A DNA stretch of 40,856 nt from a virus. Lineage: Duplodnaviria > Caudoviricetes. The notes beneath the pieces were generated by a model. The model saw nothing but the letters and a program-made list of their open reading frames with translations, made no database searches and was not told where the DNA came from. A program made the position numbers and the translations under genes. Location of the stretch: the IMG/VR virus record IMGVR_UViG_3300044840_000044, positions 1 to 40,856 of that record, one strand, 5' to 3'. Below, one piece after another: positions 1 through 8,946 of this stretch. The first letter of the stretch is position 1; each line of letters opens with the position of its first letter.

Positions 1-2
1 GT

Positions 3-623
3 TCTACGTTCGGCAACGTCGACACCTATGGCGATACGGTCGTCAACGGTGCCTTCAAGGCCACCATCAAGCAGGCCAAGGACGGCGAAACCAATTGGCC
101 CGCGATGCTGTTGCAGCATGGCGGTGCAAACGTTGATGACATGATGCCTATCGGCATCTGGACCGGGATGGATGAGGATTCCAACGGTCTGAATATGGAA
201 GGCAAGCTGGCGCTGGATACCCAGCGCGGCGCGACTTGCTACGCGCTGTTGAAGATGAAACCGCGCCCGGCGCTGAACGGCCTTTCGATTGGCTATCGCG
301 CGCGCGACTTCGTCATGAATGGCAAGACCGACAAGGCCCGCCGCACATTGAAGGCGGTCGACCTCGTTGAAGTGTCGCTGGTGACATTCCCGGCCGACAA
401 GCACGCCACGGTGTTGGGCGTCAAATGTTCAGACATCAAAACCATTCGAGAATTTGAAGACTTCCTACGGGATGTAGGCGGTTATTCACTCGCTGCGGCA
501 AAAGCAATCGCCAGCAGTGGCTACAAAGAAGCGACTTCGACTCTTCGGGATGAAGACGAAAACCACGACGAACTGATCGCGCTTTTGAAACGCACGACAG
601 AAATCTTTTCATCCAAGAAGTAA
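3..623 (+). CDS. HK97-family prohead maturation protease (5' end outside window)
   Basis: Frame is open from nt 3: STFGNVDTYGDTVVNGAF...PAMLLQH...PIGIW...GLSIGY...LVEVSLVTFPA. These are prohead protease motifs, and the gene directly precedes the capsid gene. Confidence 0.93.
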   Translation, partial: STFGNVDTYGDTVVNGAFKATIKQAKDGETNWPAMLLQHGGANVDDMMPIGIWTGMDEDSNGLNMEGKLALDTQRGATCYALLKMKPRPALNGLSIGYRARDFVMNGKTDKARRTLKAVDLVEVSLVTFPADKHATVLGVKCSDIKTIREFEDFLRDVGGYSLAAAKAIASSGYKEATSTLRDEDENHDELIALLKRTTEIFSSKK

Positions 624-633
624 GGAAGTTTAA

Positions 634-1920
634 GTGAGCAAAGAAGCATTGGACGCCGTCAAGGAAATCAACACGGCGTGGGAAGCATTCAAGACCACCA
701 ACGATGAGCGGCTGACTCAGATTGAGAAGCGCGGCGAAGACCCGATCACCACCGACAAGCTCGGCAAGATCGAAGCCACACTGATCCAGCATGAAACCGC
801 CAATCAGAAGATCGCTCTGGCGGATGCGGCGGCGAAGAAAGCCACCGACGAAGTCGCACAGTTGACCGAAGCACTGGCCAAGCTGGAAGCCAAGTTGGGC
901 CGTCCGGTTCATGCCAACGATGCCGACGCCAACAAGCAGCGCGCGACCGAATACAAGAACGCGTTCGACAACTATCTGCGCAAGACCGACAACGGTATCA
1001 CCGCAGAGGAACGCAAGGCGTTGCAGGAATACAAGGTACTGTTCGCGGGCAACGATACGCTCGGCGGCTATTACCTTTCGCCCGCCGAAATGGCGACGGA
1101 GATTATCAAGCAGGTTATCTTGATGTCGCCGATCCGCGCGCTCGGTCGTGTCACCACGATTGGCGTTCAGTCGCTCAAGCTGCCGAAGCGTACCGGCGTC
1201 TTCGCCGCCACCCGCGTCGGTGAATTGCAGGCGCGCAACGAAACGCTCGGTTACGCCACCGGCATGGTCGAAATCTTCGCTCCCGAAATGTATGCCGAAG
1301 TGCATCTTTCGGAACAGATGATCGAAGACTCCATGTTCGACATCGAATCCGAAATGATGCAGGAATTTTCCGAACAGTTCGCTGTGAAGGAAGGTATCGA
1401 ATTCGTCAAGGGTACCGGTGCCAACAACCAAGCCGAAGGCATCATGACTTCGTCTCAGTTGGCGACGACCAACTTCTCAGGTTCGGCCACCACGATTGCC
1501 GATGCTGGCGGTCAGGCCAACGGCCTGATTACGATGTTCTACTCTGGCTTGAAGACAGCCTACGCCAAGAACGCGTCGTGGATTCTGCGTCGTGAGACCA
1601 TCGGCTCAGTTCGCAAGATGAAGGATTTGTACGGTTCGTACATCTGGCAGATCGGCGTTGCCGCCGACAAGCCCAATACCATTCTCGGTGTGCCCTACGT
1701 CGAAGTGCCGGATATGGACCTCGAAGGCGCAGGCAACTACCCGATTGCGGTTGGTGACTTCAACAAGGGTTATCGCATCGTCGACCGGGTTCTGATTTCG
1801 GTCCTACGTGATCCCTTCACGATTGCTGGCTCCGGCCAGATTTTGTACCGCGCACGCAAGCGTGTCGGTGGTGCAGTTGTGCTTGGTGAAGCTATCGCCA
1901 AGTTGCAGTGCCACGTCTAA
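634..1920 (+). CDS. HK97-fold major capsid protein with coiled-coil N-terminal delta domain
   Basis: 428 aa, GTG start after AAGGA. Motifs GGYYLSP, FAVKEGIEFVKGTG, GDFNKGYRIVDR, LRDPFT, ARKRVGGAVV. Confidence 0.96.
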   Translation: MSKEALDAVKEINTAWEAFKTTNDERLTQIEKRGEDPITTDKLGKIEATLIQHETANQKIALADAAAKKATDEVAQLTEALAKLEAKLGRPVHANDADANKQRATEYKNAFDNYLRKTDNGITAEERKALQEYKVLFAGNDTLGGYYLSPAEMATEIIKQVILMSPIRALGRVTTIGVQSLKLPKRTGVFAATRVGELQARNETLGYATGMVEIFAPEMYAEVHLSEQMIEDSMFDIESEMMQEFSEQFAVKEGIEFVKGTGANNQAEGIMTSSQLATTNFSGSATTIADAGGQANGLITMFYSGLKTAYAKNASWILRRETIGSVRKMKDLYGSYIWQIGVAADKPNTILGVPYVEVPDMDLEGAGNYPIAVGDFNKGYRIVDRVLISVLRDPFTIAGSGQILYRARKRVGGAVVLGEAIAKLQCHV

Positions 1921-1933
1921 GCGGCACGATTTC

Positions 1934-1964
1934 ATAACCCGGCATTCTGCCGGGTTATTTTTTT
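1934..1964 (+). terminator. Intrinsic terminator after major capsid gene
   Basis: Perfect 11-bp stem ATAACCCGGCA-TTC-TGCCGGGTTAT followed by a T run. Confidence 0.85.
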
Positions 1965-1990
1965 CCCATTTGCTCGGAGCAAACATCTAA

Positions 1991-2422
1991 GTGACCATCA
2001 TCAAGGACTATCACAACAACGTTGCGGTCAAGCGGCTGATTTCACCGATTGCCATTGGCACGACAGGCACGGGCCAGACCTCGCGTTCCATCGACACCAA
2101 CGGTTTTTCCGGCGTTGAAATCCTCGTGCATTATGCCGGTGCGACCGCGACCAATGCCGTCTATACGGCGTCGGTGTTGGAAGGCGATGTCACCGGCACC
2201 ATGACGCCGGTTGCCGCTGGCGATCTGATCGGCTCGGCCGGTCTTGGCGTTCAGGCCGGTGCACGCACCTCCGGTGTCGGCAAGTTCTATGTCAAGCGCG
2301 TCGGCTATATCGGCCAGAAGCGATACATCGGCTTGAAGCTTTCCTCGACCATCACGGCCGGTACTTTGGTCAGTGCTGAACTGCTGTTGGCCCGCCCGCA
2401 GAATGCGCCGGTCGCGACCTAA
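1991..2422 (+). CDS. Putative capsid decoration or minor head protein
   Basis: 143 aa, Thr/Gly/Ala-rich and beta-type. GTG start after GGAG. Immediately follows the capsid gene. Confidence 0.6.
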   Translation: MTIIKDYHNNVAVKRLISPIAIGTTGTGQTSRSIDTNGFSGVEILVHYAGATATNAVYTASVLEGDVTGTMTPVAAGDLIGSAGLGVQAGARTSGVGKFYVKRVGYIGQKRYIGLKLSSTITAGTLVSAELLLARPQNAPVAT

Positions 2423-2485
2423 TCTCAGTATTCGGTGGTGGACGGCATCTTGCAAGGTGTCGTTCAAGCCGCACTTGCTGAAAAC

Positions 2486-2516
2486 ATGGCTGGCATTCGT
2501 GCCAGCCATTTTGTTT
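2486..2516 (+). terminator. Intrinsic terminator upstream of the methyltransferase fusion gene
   Basis: ATGGCTGGCA-TTCG-TGCCAGCCAT followed by TTTGTTT. Confidence 0.75.
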
Positions 2517-2538
2517 CCCAAACCGGTGGAGCGGTACA

Positions 2539-3888
2539 TTGAATCACGGTGAAAGACAGGTTTCGCCAACTCTGGACGGTATCCGGCCAGACCATCTTTA
2601 TCGATACAAATGGGCGGCGAAGCTGATGCCGCCGCATAGCCGCGTCATCGATGTCTGTTGCGGCGTCGGCTATGGCGCGTTCATTCTGGCGGAAGCCGGT
2701 CATACGGTGGTTGCGATTGATCGCAATGACGAAGCCGTTGCCTACGCGCGCAAGCACTACGCGCACAAGAACATCAGTCATTACGTTCTTGATGTGAACG
2801 ATTACGACATCAACGAGGTCGGCGACTTTGACTATGCGGTGATGTTCGAAGCCATTGAGCATATCGAACACCCGTTGCCGGTGTTACAGGCATTACATCG
2901 GAGGGCTAGGAATCTGCTGGCCAGTGTGCCGAATGAAGTCGGCTTTCCCTATGCCAACTACAAATACCATTTTCGCCACTACACACCGTGTGAATTCAAC
3001 GAACTGCTGATCGATGCCGGATTTACGCTCAAGGGGTGGTTCGGCCAAGCGGGTAAGGAGTCGTACATTGAACCTGACCTGTTTTCCGGCCGTACCCTGA
3101 TTGCGGTGGCTGGCAAGGCCAAAGGCGCACTCATTGCGCCGCCACCCGATGAAGAGATTAAGCCCTCTAATCTCATCACGAAACATATTGTGATCCTTGG
3201 CCTTGGTCCGTCGCTCGAGTCTTACGTCGATCTGACCAAGCGGATGGGCGGTCGTCACGCGTTCTGTGATGAAGTCTGGGGAATGAATTCGCTTGGCGAC
3301 ATCATTCAATGCGACAAGATTTTCCATATGGACGATGTCCGCGTGCAGGAAATCCGTGCCGCTGCCGAACCGGATTCCAATATTGCTGAAATGTTGAAAT
3401 GGATGCGCAAGCATCCGGGGCCGATCTTCACCAGCCGCGCCGGTCATCCCGATTATCCCGGCCTGATCGCTTTTCCGTTACAGGATGTCATCAACGATCT
3501 GGGTTACGCCTATTTCAACGGCACCGGTGCCTATGCGGTCGCCTATGCGATTCACATCGGTGCCACCAAGATCAGCATGTTCGGTTGTGACTTCACCTAT
3601 CCGAACGCACATCAAGCCGAAAAGGGCAGGGCGTGTGTCGAGTTTTGGCTTGGTGTCGCCGCCGCACGCGGGATCAAGATTGCGATGTCAGATCGCACGA
3701 CATTGATGGACACCATCGATGGTTCACAGATTCTGTACGGCTACGACATGGTCGATGTCGAGATTGCGCAAGCTATCGAGAACGGCCCGGCCGTGGTGAC
3801 GTTCACCGATACCGATGCCCCGACCGCCGAAGAAATCGAAGCGCGGTACGATCATTCGGCACACCCCAACAAACTGGTACATTCATGA
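2539..3888 (+). CDS. Two-domain protein: class I SAM-dependent methyltransferase plus Maf/DUF115/sialyltransferase-like (GT) Rossmann domain
   Basis: N-terminal GER..DHLYRY, motif I VIDVCCGVGYG, FEAIEHI, ASVPN. C-terminal IVILGLGPSL, VWGMN, IFHMDD, YAVAYAIHIGATKISMFGCDF. TTG start after GGAG. Confidence 0.75.
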   Translation: MNHGERQVSPTLDGIRPDHLYRYKWAAKLMPPHSRVIDVCCGVGYGAFILAEAGHTVVAIDRNDEAVAYARKHYAHKNISHYVLDVNDYDINEVGDFDYAVMFEAIEHIEHPLPVLQALHRRARNLLASVPNEVGFPYANYKYHFRHYTPCEFNELLIDAGFTLKGWFGQAGKESYIEPDLFSGRTLIAVAGKAKGALIAPPPDEEIKPSNLITKHIVILGLGPSLESYVDLTKRMGGRHAFCDEVWGMNSLGDIIQCDKIFHMDDVRVQEIRAAAEPDSNIAEMLKWMRKHPGPIFTSRAGHPDYPGLIAFPLQDVINDLGYAYFNGTGAYAVAYAIHIGATKISMFGCDFTYPNAHQAEKGRACVEFWLGVAAARGIKIAMSDRTTLMDTIDGSQILYGYDMVDVEIAQAIENGPAVVTFTDTDAPTAEEIEARYDHSAHPNKLVHS

Positions 3889-4046
3889 ATTTCAAAGTTC
3901 TCAAATCGTTTCTGCATCGCGCGGAATTTCTGGTGACCGGCGATCTGGTCACCATTGAACCCGATCTGGTCGACGGTCTGGTGGCCGAAGGCTGGATTGC
4001 ACCGGTCAAGCAGGTTGCTCAGACCCAGACAGTGGTGAAGAAATAA
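3885..4046 (+). CDS. Small hypothetical head-module protein (53 aa, MNFKVLKSF...)
   Basis: ATGA overlap with the upstream stop and TAATG overlap with the downstream start. Confidence 0.7.
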   Translation: MNFKVLKSFLHRAEFLVTGDLVTIEPDLVDGLVAEGWIAPVKQVAQTQTVVKK

Positions 4047-4936
4047 TGACCGGCCTTACCAACTACACCGCGAACGGTCTCTTGAACTACATCACCGGAC
4101 AGACGCCAGAACCAACGCTCCCGGCCGTATGGCTTGCCCTGTTTACAGTGGTCGGTACCGATGCGGGTACTGGCTTCACCGAAGTCTCTGGCGGTTCTTA
4201 TGCCCGCGTTCAGGTGGCTGGTGCTGTGGCAGCGACGGCGGCTTTCACGACGGCATCGCCCAACATCACCATGACGACCAATCCCGGTTGGGTTTTGCCG
4301 GGCATGAGCGTTTACGACACCACAAAGACGCCAGCGCCGGGCGCACTGGTCGGCACGGTGCTGACCTATTCCGGCACCGCGCTTGTGCTCACGGCCAACT
4401 CTCTGATTGCCAGCCAAGGCACGACAGACAACATCAGCTTTAGTGCGTTCGGTCAGAGTTCAGGCACCGGCCCGTCGACGCTGACCAATGGTGCCGCGCT
4501 CGCGTTCGTCACCTCGACGGCAAACTGGGGCACACTGATTGCGTTCGGTCTGTACGATGCCGTGACGGTTGGTAACCTTCTCTCTTGGGATTTCCTTGGC
4601 AACTTTGCATGGTTGCCATTCGAGTGTCCGACTGCATCGAGTCTATTGACTGTCAAAGGCAACGGCTATTCGAGCAATGACCCGGTTGTGCTAACCGCTG
4701 AATACGGCGGCACGTTTCCGACCTTGTCAACCGGCACGTTCACCACCTACACCGTCAACTTCGTTGCCACCCCCGCGACCGATACGGTGAACCTCGACAC
4801 CACAACCGGCCCGGCAACGCCAATCGTCACCACAGCGTCAGGTTCGGGAATGATCCGCAAGATTGTTCAACAGTCGTTGCCGTCTGGCGTCACCGCTACC
4901 TTTGCTGCTTCGACGCTGACCATTACCGCCGCGTAA
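4046..4936 (+). CDS. Virion structural protein (fibre-adaptor-like domain with two insertions); paralogue of 14702..15109
   Basis: LTNYTANGLLNY..WLALFT..TEVSGGSYAR..ANWGTLIAFGLYDA..GNLL matches the motif order of the 135-aa protein after the tape measure. Thr-rich. Confidence 0.7.
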   Translation: MTGLTNYTANGLLNYITGQTPEPTLPAVWLALFTVVGTDAGTGFTEVSGGSYARVQVAGAVAATAAFTTASPNITMTTNPGWVLPGMSVYDTTKTPAPGALVGTVLTYSGTALVLTANSLIASQGTTDNISFSAFGQSSGTGPSTLTNGAALAFVTSTANWGTLIAFGLYDAVTVGNLLSWDFLGNFAWLPFECPTASSLLTVKGNGYSSNDPVVLTAEYGGTFPTLSTGTFTTYTVNFVATPATDTVNLDTTTGPATPIVTTASGSGMIRKIVQQSLPSGVTATFAASTLTITAA

Positions 4937-4949
4937 AGTCTGGATTGCA

Positions 4950-6704
4950 ATGACCGTTACGAACCTGTTCGCCAATGGCGCTATCAACGTGCTAGGGCGA
5001 ACGGGATTTGGTGTTGGGCTAAAAGGGTCGACAAATGTAACGACTCTAGCGCGGACAGGTGCGACCAATGGAATGCGCAACAGTAACAATGCCGGGCTGA
5101 TCGCTGGCACGCCGGGAACGTTGGCAAATTTCTGGACTGATAACGCGGCCTACCCGCTTAACGGGATCAGCCGGTCTATTGCCGGGCCATTCGTTGAGAA
5201 TGGCATTCCGTACTACGAAGTGACTCATACCGGAACATGCACTGGTAGCGGCTTTGCATTGAACATGGTGTTGGACGGTAACATACCGCCATGTCTGGCA
5301 CAGGTCGGACAAACGTGGACGGCAACGATTTACGAAATGAAGTCGGCTGGGTCTTACGTTCAACTTTCGGGCGGTGCGCCGTTCCTTTTGCTCTGCGAAT
5401 GGAAAAACGGTTCGCTTCTGGCTACGTCAAATGTTGCCATGACTGACAACGGTGTATTTTCGCAGTCGCGTAACTCAGTGACTCGCACCTTTACAAATGT
5501 CGGAACCAACGCAGCAAGCATCTTGATCCAGTGGAATTTTACACTCGGTAACGTCTACAATTTTACGACGCGCATCGGTGGCGCGATGATCCAGCAAACG
5601 CCGAAAGCAACGGCGTTCTTGAATTCGCTTGGCACTGTTCCGGCCACGACTGCGATGACGCTTCTATCATCGGTTAGCTCGCGGTCTATCGCCGCGATGT
5701 TTGGCAGAACAGGATCGCAAAACCTAATCCGTAATAATTCTATGCAAGGTAATGTATCTGGCACCCCCGGCACGCTGCCGACTTTCTGGGGCATCGGAGG
5801 CAATGCGCTGGTAAGCGGATTATCTCAACAGATCGTTGGTAACGGCTCTATTGGAAATCAAGATTATATCGATCTTCGAATATTTGGTTCGACTGCGACC
5901 AGCCCGTTTCTAAATTATTTCTTGGAAGGGCTGACCCAGATACCAGCTTGTGCGGGGCAGACGTATACAACGTCAGCCTCTCTGGCTATTGTTGGCGGCA
6001 CTAGCGCAAACGCTGGACCGATAGCCGCTCCGGGAGTGCTAGGTAGAACAGCCACAGGTGGTTCTAACGAGTCGGTTATTTCCAATCCGATACTTACGTC
6101 GACGCTAACAAAATATCAAGCCACACTATTGCTTGTTAGCAATCAGAGCGCATTTGCAACGCCGTGCCTCAGTTTCAACTTCGGCGCGGCTGGTGCTGTA
6201 GACGTTACTGTTCGTATTGTATCTCCGTCGTTTGAATTGTCCGGTGCAGCAACGCCAGTTGTGAGAACGATCAACTCTTATGTTGGTAATGCGTTTGTAG
6301 CATCGTCAGCTATCACTGCGATCAGCAATGCCCATCTAAAAGCCCGCACCGGAGTCGGTGTTGGGCTTTCGTCTACTGTAAAGTATTTGACCAAGGCGGT
6401 TGCAGGACTCGGTAGTAAGACGGCTCTGGTAGCAGCGACACAATATGCCGCAAGAACGACTGCCAATGTCGGTATGCGGGCCGCACTGGCCGGTAAAGCG
6501 GCCGTGACGTTTGGTTTGCATGCGGTTCTGGTTGAACTGAACGCGGCCATCTATCTGTTCGCGCGGATGTCGATCATATCGAAGATATCAGCCAAGCTGC
6601 GCAATTTTTCATTGCCGCGCAGCACGAACACTCCTGCTGTGGATCGTTCCGGTAACACAACCGCCGCTTCACGCACCGGCAACACCCCGGCCACTCCAAG
6701 GTAA
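4950..6704 (+). CDS. Putative head fibre or adhesin with two tandem ~190-aa beta domains
   Basis: 584 aa, Ser/Thr/Gly/Asn-rich. Internal duplication RTGATNGMRN..AGTPGTLANFW versus RTGSQNLIRN..SGTPGTLPTFW. Confidence 0.65.
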   Translation: MTVTNLFANGAINVLGRTGFGVGLKGSTNVTTLARTGATNGMRNSNNAGLIAGTPGTLANFWTDNAAYPLNGISRSIAGPFVENGIPYYEVTHTGTCTGSGFALNMVLDGNIPPCLAQVGQTWTATIYEMKSAGSYVQLSGGAPFLLLCEWKNGSLLATSNVAMTDNGVFSQSRNSVTRTFTNVGTNAASILIQWNFTLGNVYNFTTRIGGAMIQQTPKATAFLNSLGTVPATTAMTLLSSVSSRSIAAMFGRTGSQNLIRNNSMQGNVSGTPGTLPTFWGIGGNALVSGLSQQIVGNGSIGNQDYIDLRIFGSTATSPFLNYFLEGLTQIPACAGQTYTTSASLAIVGGTSANAGPIAAPGVLGRTATGGSNESVISNPILTSTLTKYQATLLLVSNQSAFATPCLSFNFGAAGAVDVTVRIVSPSFELSGAATPVVRTINSYVGNAFVASSAITAISNAHLKARTGVGVGLSSTVKYLTKAVAGLGSKTALVAATQYAARTTANVGMRAALAGKAAVTFGLHAVLVELNAAIYLFARMSIISKISAKLRNFSLPRSTNTPAVDRSGNTTAASRTGNTPATPR

Positions 6705-6707
6705 TCT

Positions 6708-7364
6708 TTGATGCAATCTGTTGTTCTGACCGTCGTCACGCCAGCGCCAAGCTTTGATCTGACGACGCTGGCGACGGTCAAGGCCGAACTCGGTCTGTTG
6801 ACCACCGCAGAGGATGTCAATCTGGCGCTGTGGATCACGCAAGCCAGCGCCGCTTGTGCGGCTTATTGCAATCGGGTGTTCGCTTCCGAAACCGTGATCG
6901 AAACATTCCGCAACCGGTTTAATTTTCGCTTTCGCAACGACTCGACCAACCGCGTTGACGCGATCAGGTTGGAGCGATACCCGGTCACCTCGATTGTTTC
7001 GATGACAGAGGATGCCATTCCGCTGGTGGTGGATGTCGATTATCAGTTGGATGCATCAACCGGCATGATGTACCGGCTTGACGCCACCAACGACGCGATC
7101 ATGCAATGGGATTTCCAGAAACTGGCCGTGCAATATGCCGGTGGTTATGCGCTGCTAGGTGCGCTGCCGTACAACATCGAACGTGCCTGCATCACGGCGG
7201 TTGAAGTGTTTCGCAGTTCAGCGGCCCGCGATGCCCGCGTCAAACAGGAAAGCATCCCCGGCGTTCTTGAAACCCAATACTGGGTCGGGGCAAGCGGTGA
7301 CGATGGCGCGTTGCCGCCAGATGTCACGGCCATGCTGGACCCGTTTCGGAACGTCTGGGTATGA
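6708..7364 (+). CDS. Head-tail connector protein (HK97 gp6-like)
   Basis: DLTTLATVKAELG, QASAACAAYCNRVF, YPVTSIVS, YAGGY..LP.NIERACI, LPPDVTAMLDPFR. Position fits. Confidence 0.85.
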   Translation: MMQSVVLTVVTPAPSFDLTTLATVKAELGLLTTAEDVNLALWITQASAACAAYCNRVFASETVIETFRNRFNFRFRNDSTNRVDAIRLERYPVTSIVSMTEDAIPLVVDVDYQLDASTGMMYRLDATNDAIMQWDFQKLAVQYAGGYALLGALPYNIERACITAVEVFRSSAARDARVKQESIPGVLETQYWVGASGDDGALPPDVTAMLDPFRNVWV

Positions 7365-7726
7365 ACGAAATTGAAGCCCTTAACCGGGCATTGAAACGCG
7401 CCGGTCAGACCATCACGCTACGCAAGGTCACCGGCACCACCAGTCAGACCTTCACTGATGTGGTGTGCCGCGCCGTGGTTCGTGGCTACTCGCCGAACGA
7501 ACTGATCGGCGGCATTGTTCAAAACGATTCCTTCGTGATCCTGTCACCGACTGAAATCAACACGGCGGTGTGGCCAACGGCACAGGGCGCTGGCCCCGAT
7601 GTCCGCATTCCAAGCCGCAACCGTGGCGACCTTGTCATCATCAATGGCAGATCGCGAACGGTACAGGCTGGCATCGGTTACTATGTTCAAGACGCTCTGG
7701 TGCGGATTGAAATGCAGGTTAGGTAG
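7361..7726 (+). CDS. Head-closure (head-tail adaptor) protein
   Basis: 121 aa, GQTITLRK, GDLVIINGRSRTV. ATGA overlap and synteny. Confidence 0.7.
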   Translation: MNEIEALNRALKRAGQTITLRKVTGTTSQTFTDVVCRAVVRGYSPNELIGGIVQNDSFVILSPTEINTAVWPTAQGAGPDVRIPSRNRGDLVIINGRSRTVQAGIGYYVQDALVRIEMQVR

Positions 7727-7729
7727 TTC

Positions 7730-8449
7730 ATGGCCATCACCGTCAAGGTCGACCCTATCGACCGCGACATTCGGTTGATGATTGATCAGACCTTATCTCC
7801 AAAAGCACAAAGTGCATTCCTCGCTGAGTTCGCCCGCAACAGCGAACGGCATGTCGAAGAAAATAATGCCCGCGTCCTTGGTCGCGATCTTGAACCAAGA
7901 GTGTTTGTTGACGGCCACGAAGGTGCTGACGAAAGCGAAGTCAGGCCAAACGGTGTCATCGTTTATGAATTCCAGCTTATCACCAATGTGCTGTTGTTCA
8001 TCGGACAATGGCTCGAAAAGCATTCGCCGCATGGCGATAGCGGCGACTATGAAAAGTCTCACACGCTTTATGCCGATGGCGTTGAGGTCGAAATTAGCGA
8101 TCACATTCCGCTAGATGCCAACGAATATGTCTTTCTGAACTTGACGCCATACGCGCGCAAGATCGAAGGCGTGCGGTTCAATGGTGGCGGGCGCAAGGCT
8201 GGTGAGTCATCGCAGGCACCCGATGGTGTTTACGAACTCGGCGCTGCGGCGGCTCGCAAGGAATTCGGCAACGTCGCGACAATCTCATACGAATATCGGT
8301 CACCGACCTCTGGCGCGGTTGTCGACTATGCCAAATCGACAAGACGAACGTCGACCAAATATGCACAAGGCAATGCCGGTGCACGGCTCGATTGGCTGAC
8401 CAATCAACCTGCCATCGTTGTCTACATTGGCACAAAGAGAGTTCACTAA
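7730..8449 (+). CDS. Neck or tail-completion protein (HK97 gp10-like)
   Basis: HSP..SGDYEKSH, NLTPYARKIE, SSQAPDGVY. Synteny. Confidence 0.7.
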   Translation: MAITVKVDPIDRDIRLMIDQTLSPKAQSAFLAEFARNSERHVEENNARVLGRDLEPRVFVDGHEGADESEVRPNGVIVYEFQLITNVLLFIGQWLEKHSPHGDSGDYEKSHTLYADGVEVEISDHIPLDANEYVFLNLTPYARKIEGVRFNGGGRKAGESSQAPDGVYELGAAAARKEFGNVATISYEYRSPTSGAVVDYAKSTRRTSTKYAQGNAGARLDWLTNQPAIVVYIGTKRVH

Positions 8450-8878
8450 ATGGCATCAGGCGCAGTGTTTGACGCCATTCGCACGTTCCTTGACGGTACT
8501 GGCGGAAACGGCAGTTGGACGACAACTCCAATCCGTTGGGAGAATGAACCTTACGAACCAATCGGTGTCGAGTTCATCGACATCGAAATGACCGGCACTG
8601 CTTACGGTCAGCAATCCATCGGAGCATCGACGCAAGCCAGTAATCGTTGGGATGAGGAAGGTGTTCTATGGCTTCACGTCATGGTGCCGATCAACACAGG
8701 CGGGTCGCTTGCACGCACACATGCCAAAGCATTGGCAGATCGATTTCGCGGCTTGATGTTGTTGAGTAACAGCCTTGAATTCCGCGATGCCTTCATTGGT
8801 CGCGGTCAAACCGGATTCGAAGACGGCGCTTACTATCGTGTCTCGGTTTACATCAATTGGCGTCGGATCGACGCTTAA
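8450..8878 (+). CDS. Tail terminator protein
   Basis: 142 aa, IRWENE, EEGVLWLHVMVP.NTG, LADRFRG. Directly precedes the tail tube gene. Confidence 0.75.
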   Translation: MASGAVFDAIRTFLDGTGGNGSWTTTPIRWENEPYEPIGVEFIDIEMTGTAYGQQSIGASTQASNRWDEEGVLWLHVMVPINTGGSLARTHAKALADRFRGLMLLSNSLEFRDAFIGRGQTGFEDGAYYRVSVYINWRRIDA

Positions 8879-8903
8879 CGTTTCGATTCATTCTTGGTGT
8901 CGG

Positions 8904-8929
8904 GCCGCTCAATTCTGGGCGGCTTTTTT
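8904..8929 (+). terminator. Terminator-like hairpin before tail tube gene
   Basis: GCCGCTCA-ATTC-TGGGCGGC followed by TTTTTT. Confidence 0.65.
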
Positions 8930-8946
8930 ATTGAAGGAATACTTCC

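Noticed and set aside
634-643. GTGAGCAAAG at the capsid start resembling the regulatory motif
   Set aside because: Half-site only, coincides with the start codon, and lacks the TTG second half.
436-1431. 331-aa minus-strand ORF
   Set aside because: Antisense shadow of the capsid gene, expected with GC-biased codon usage. No motifs.
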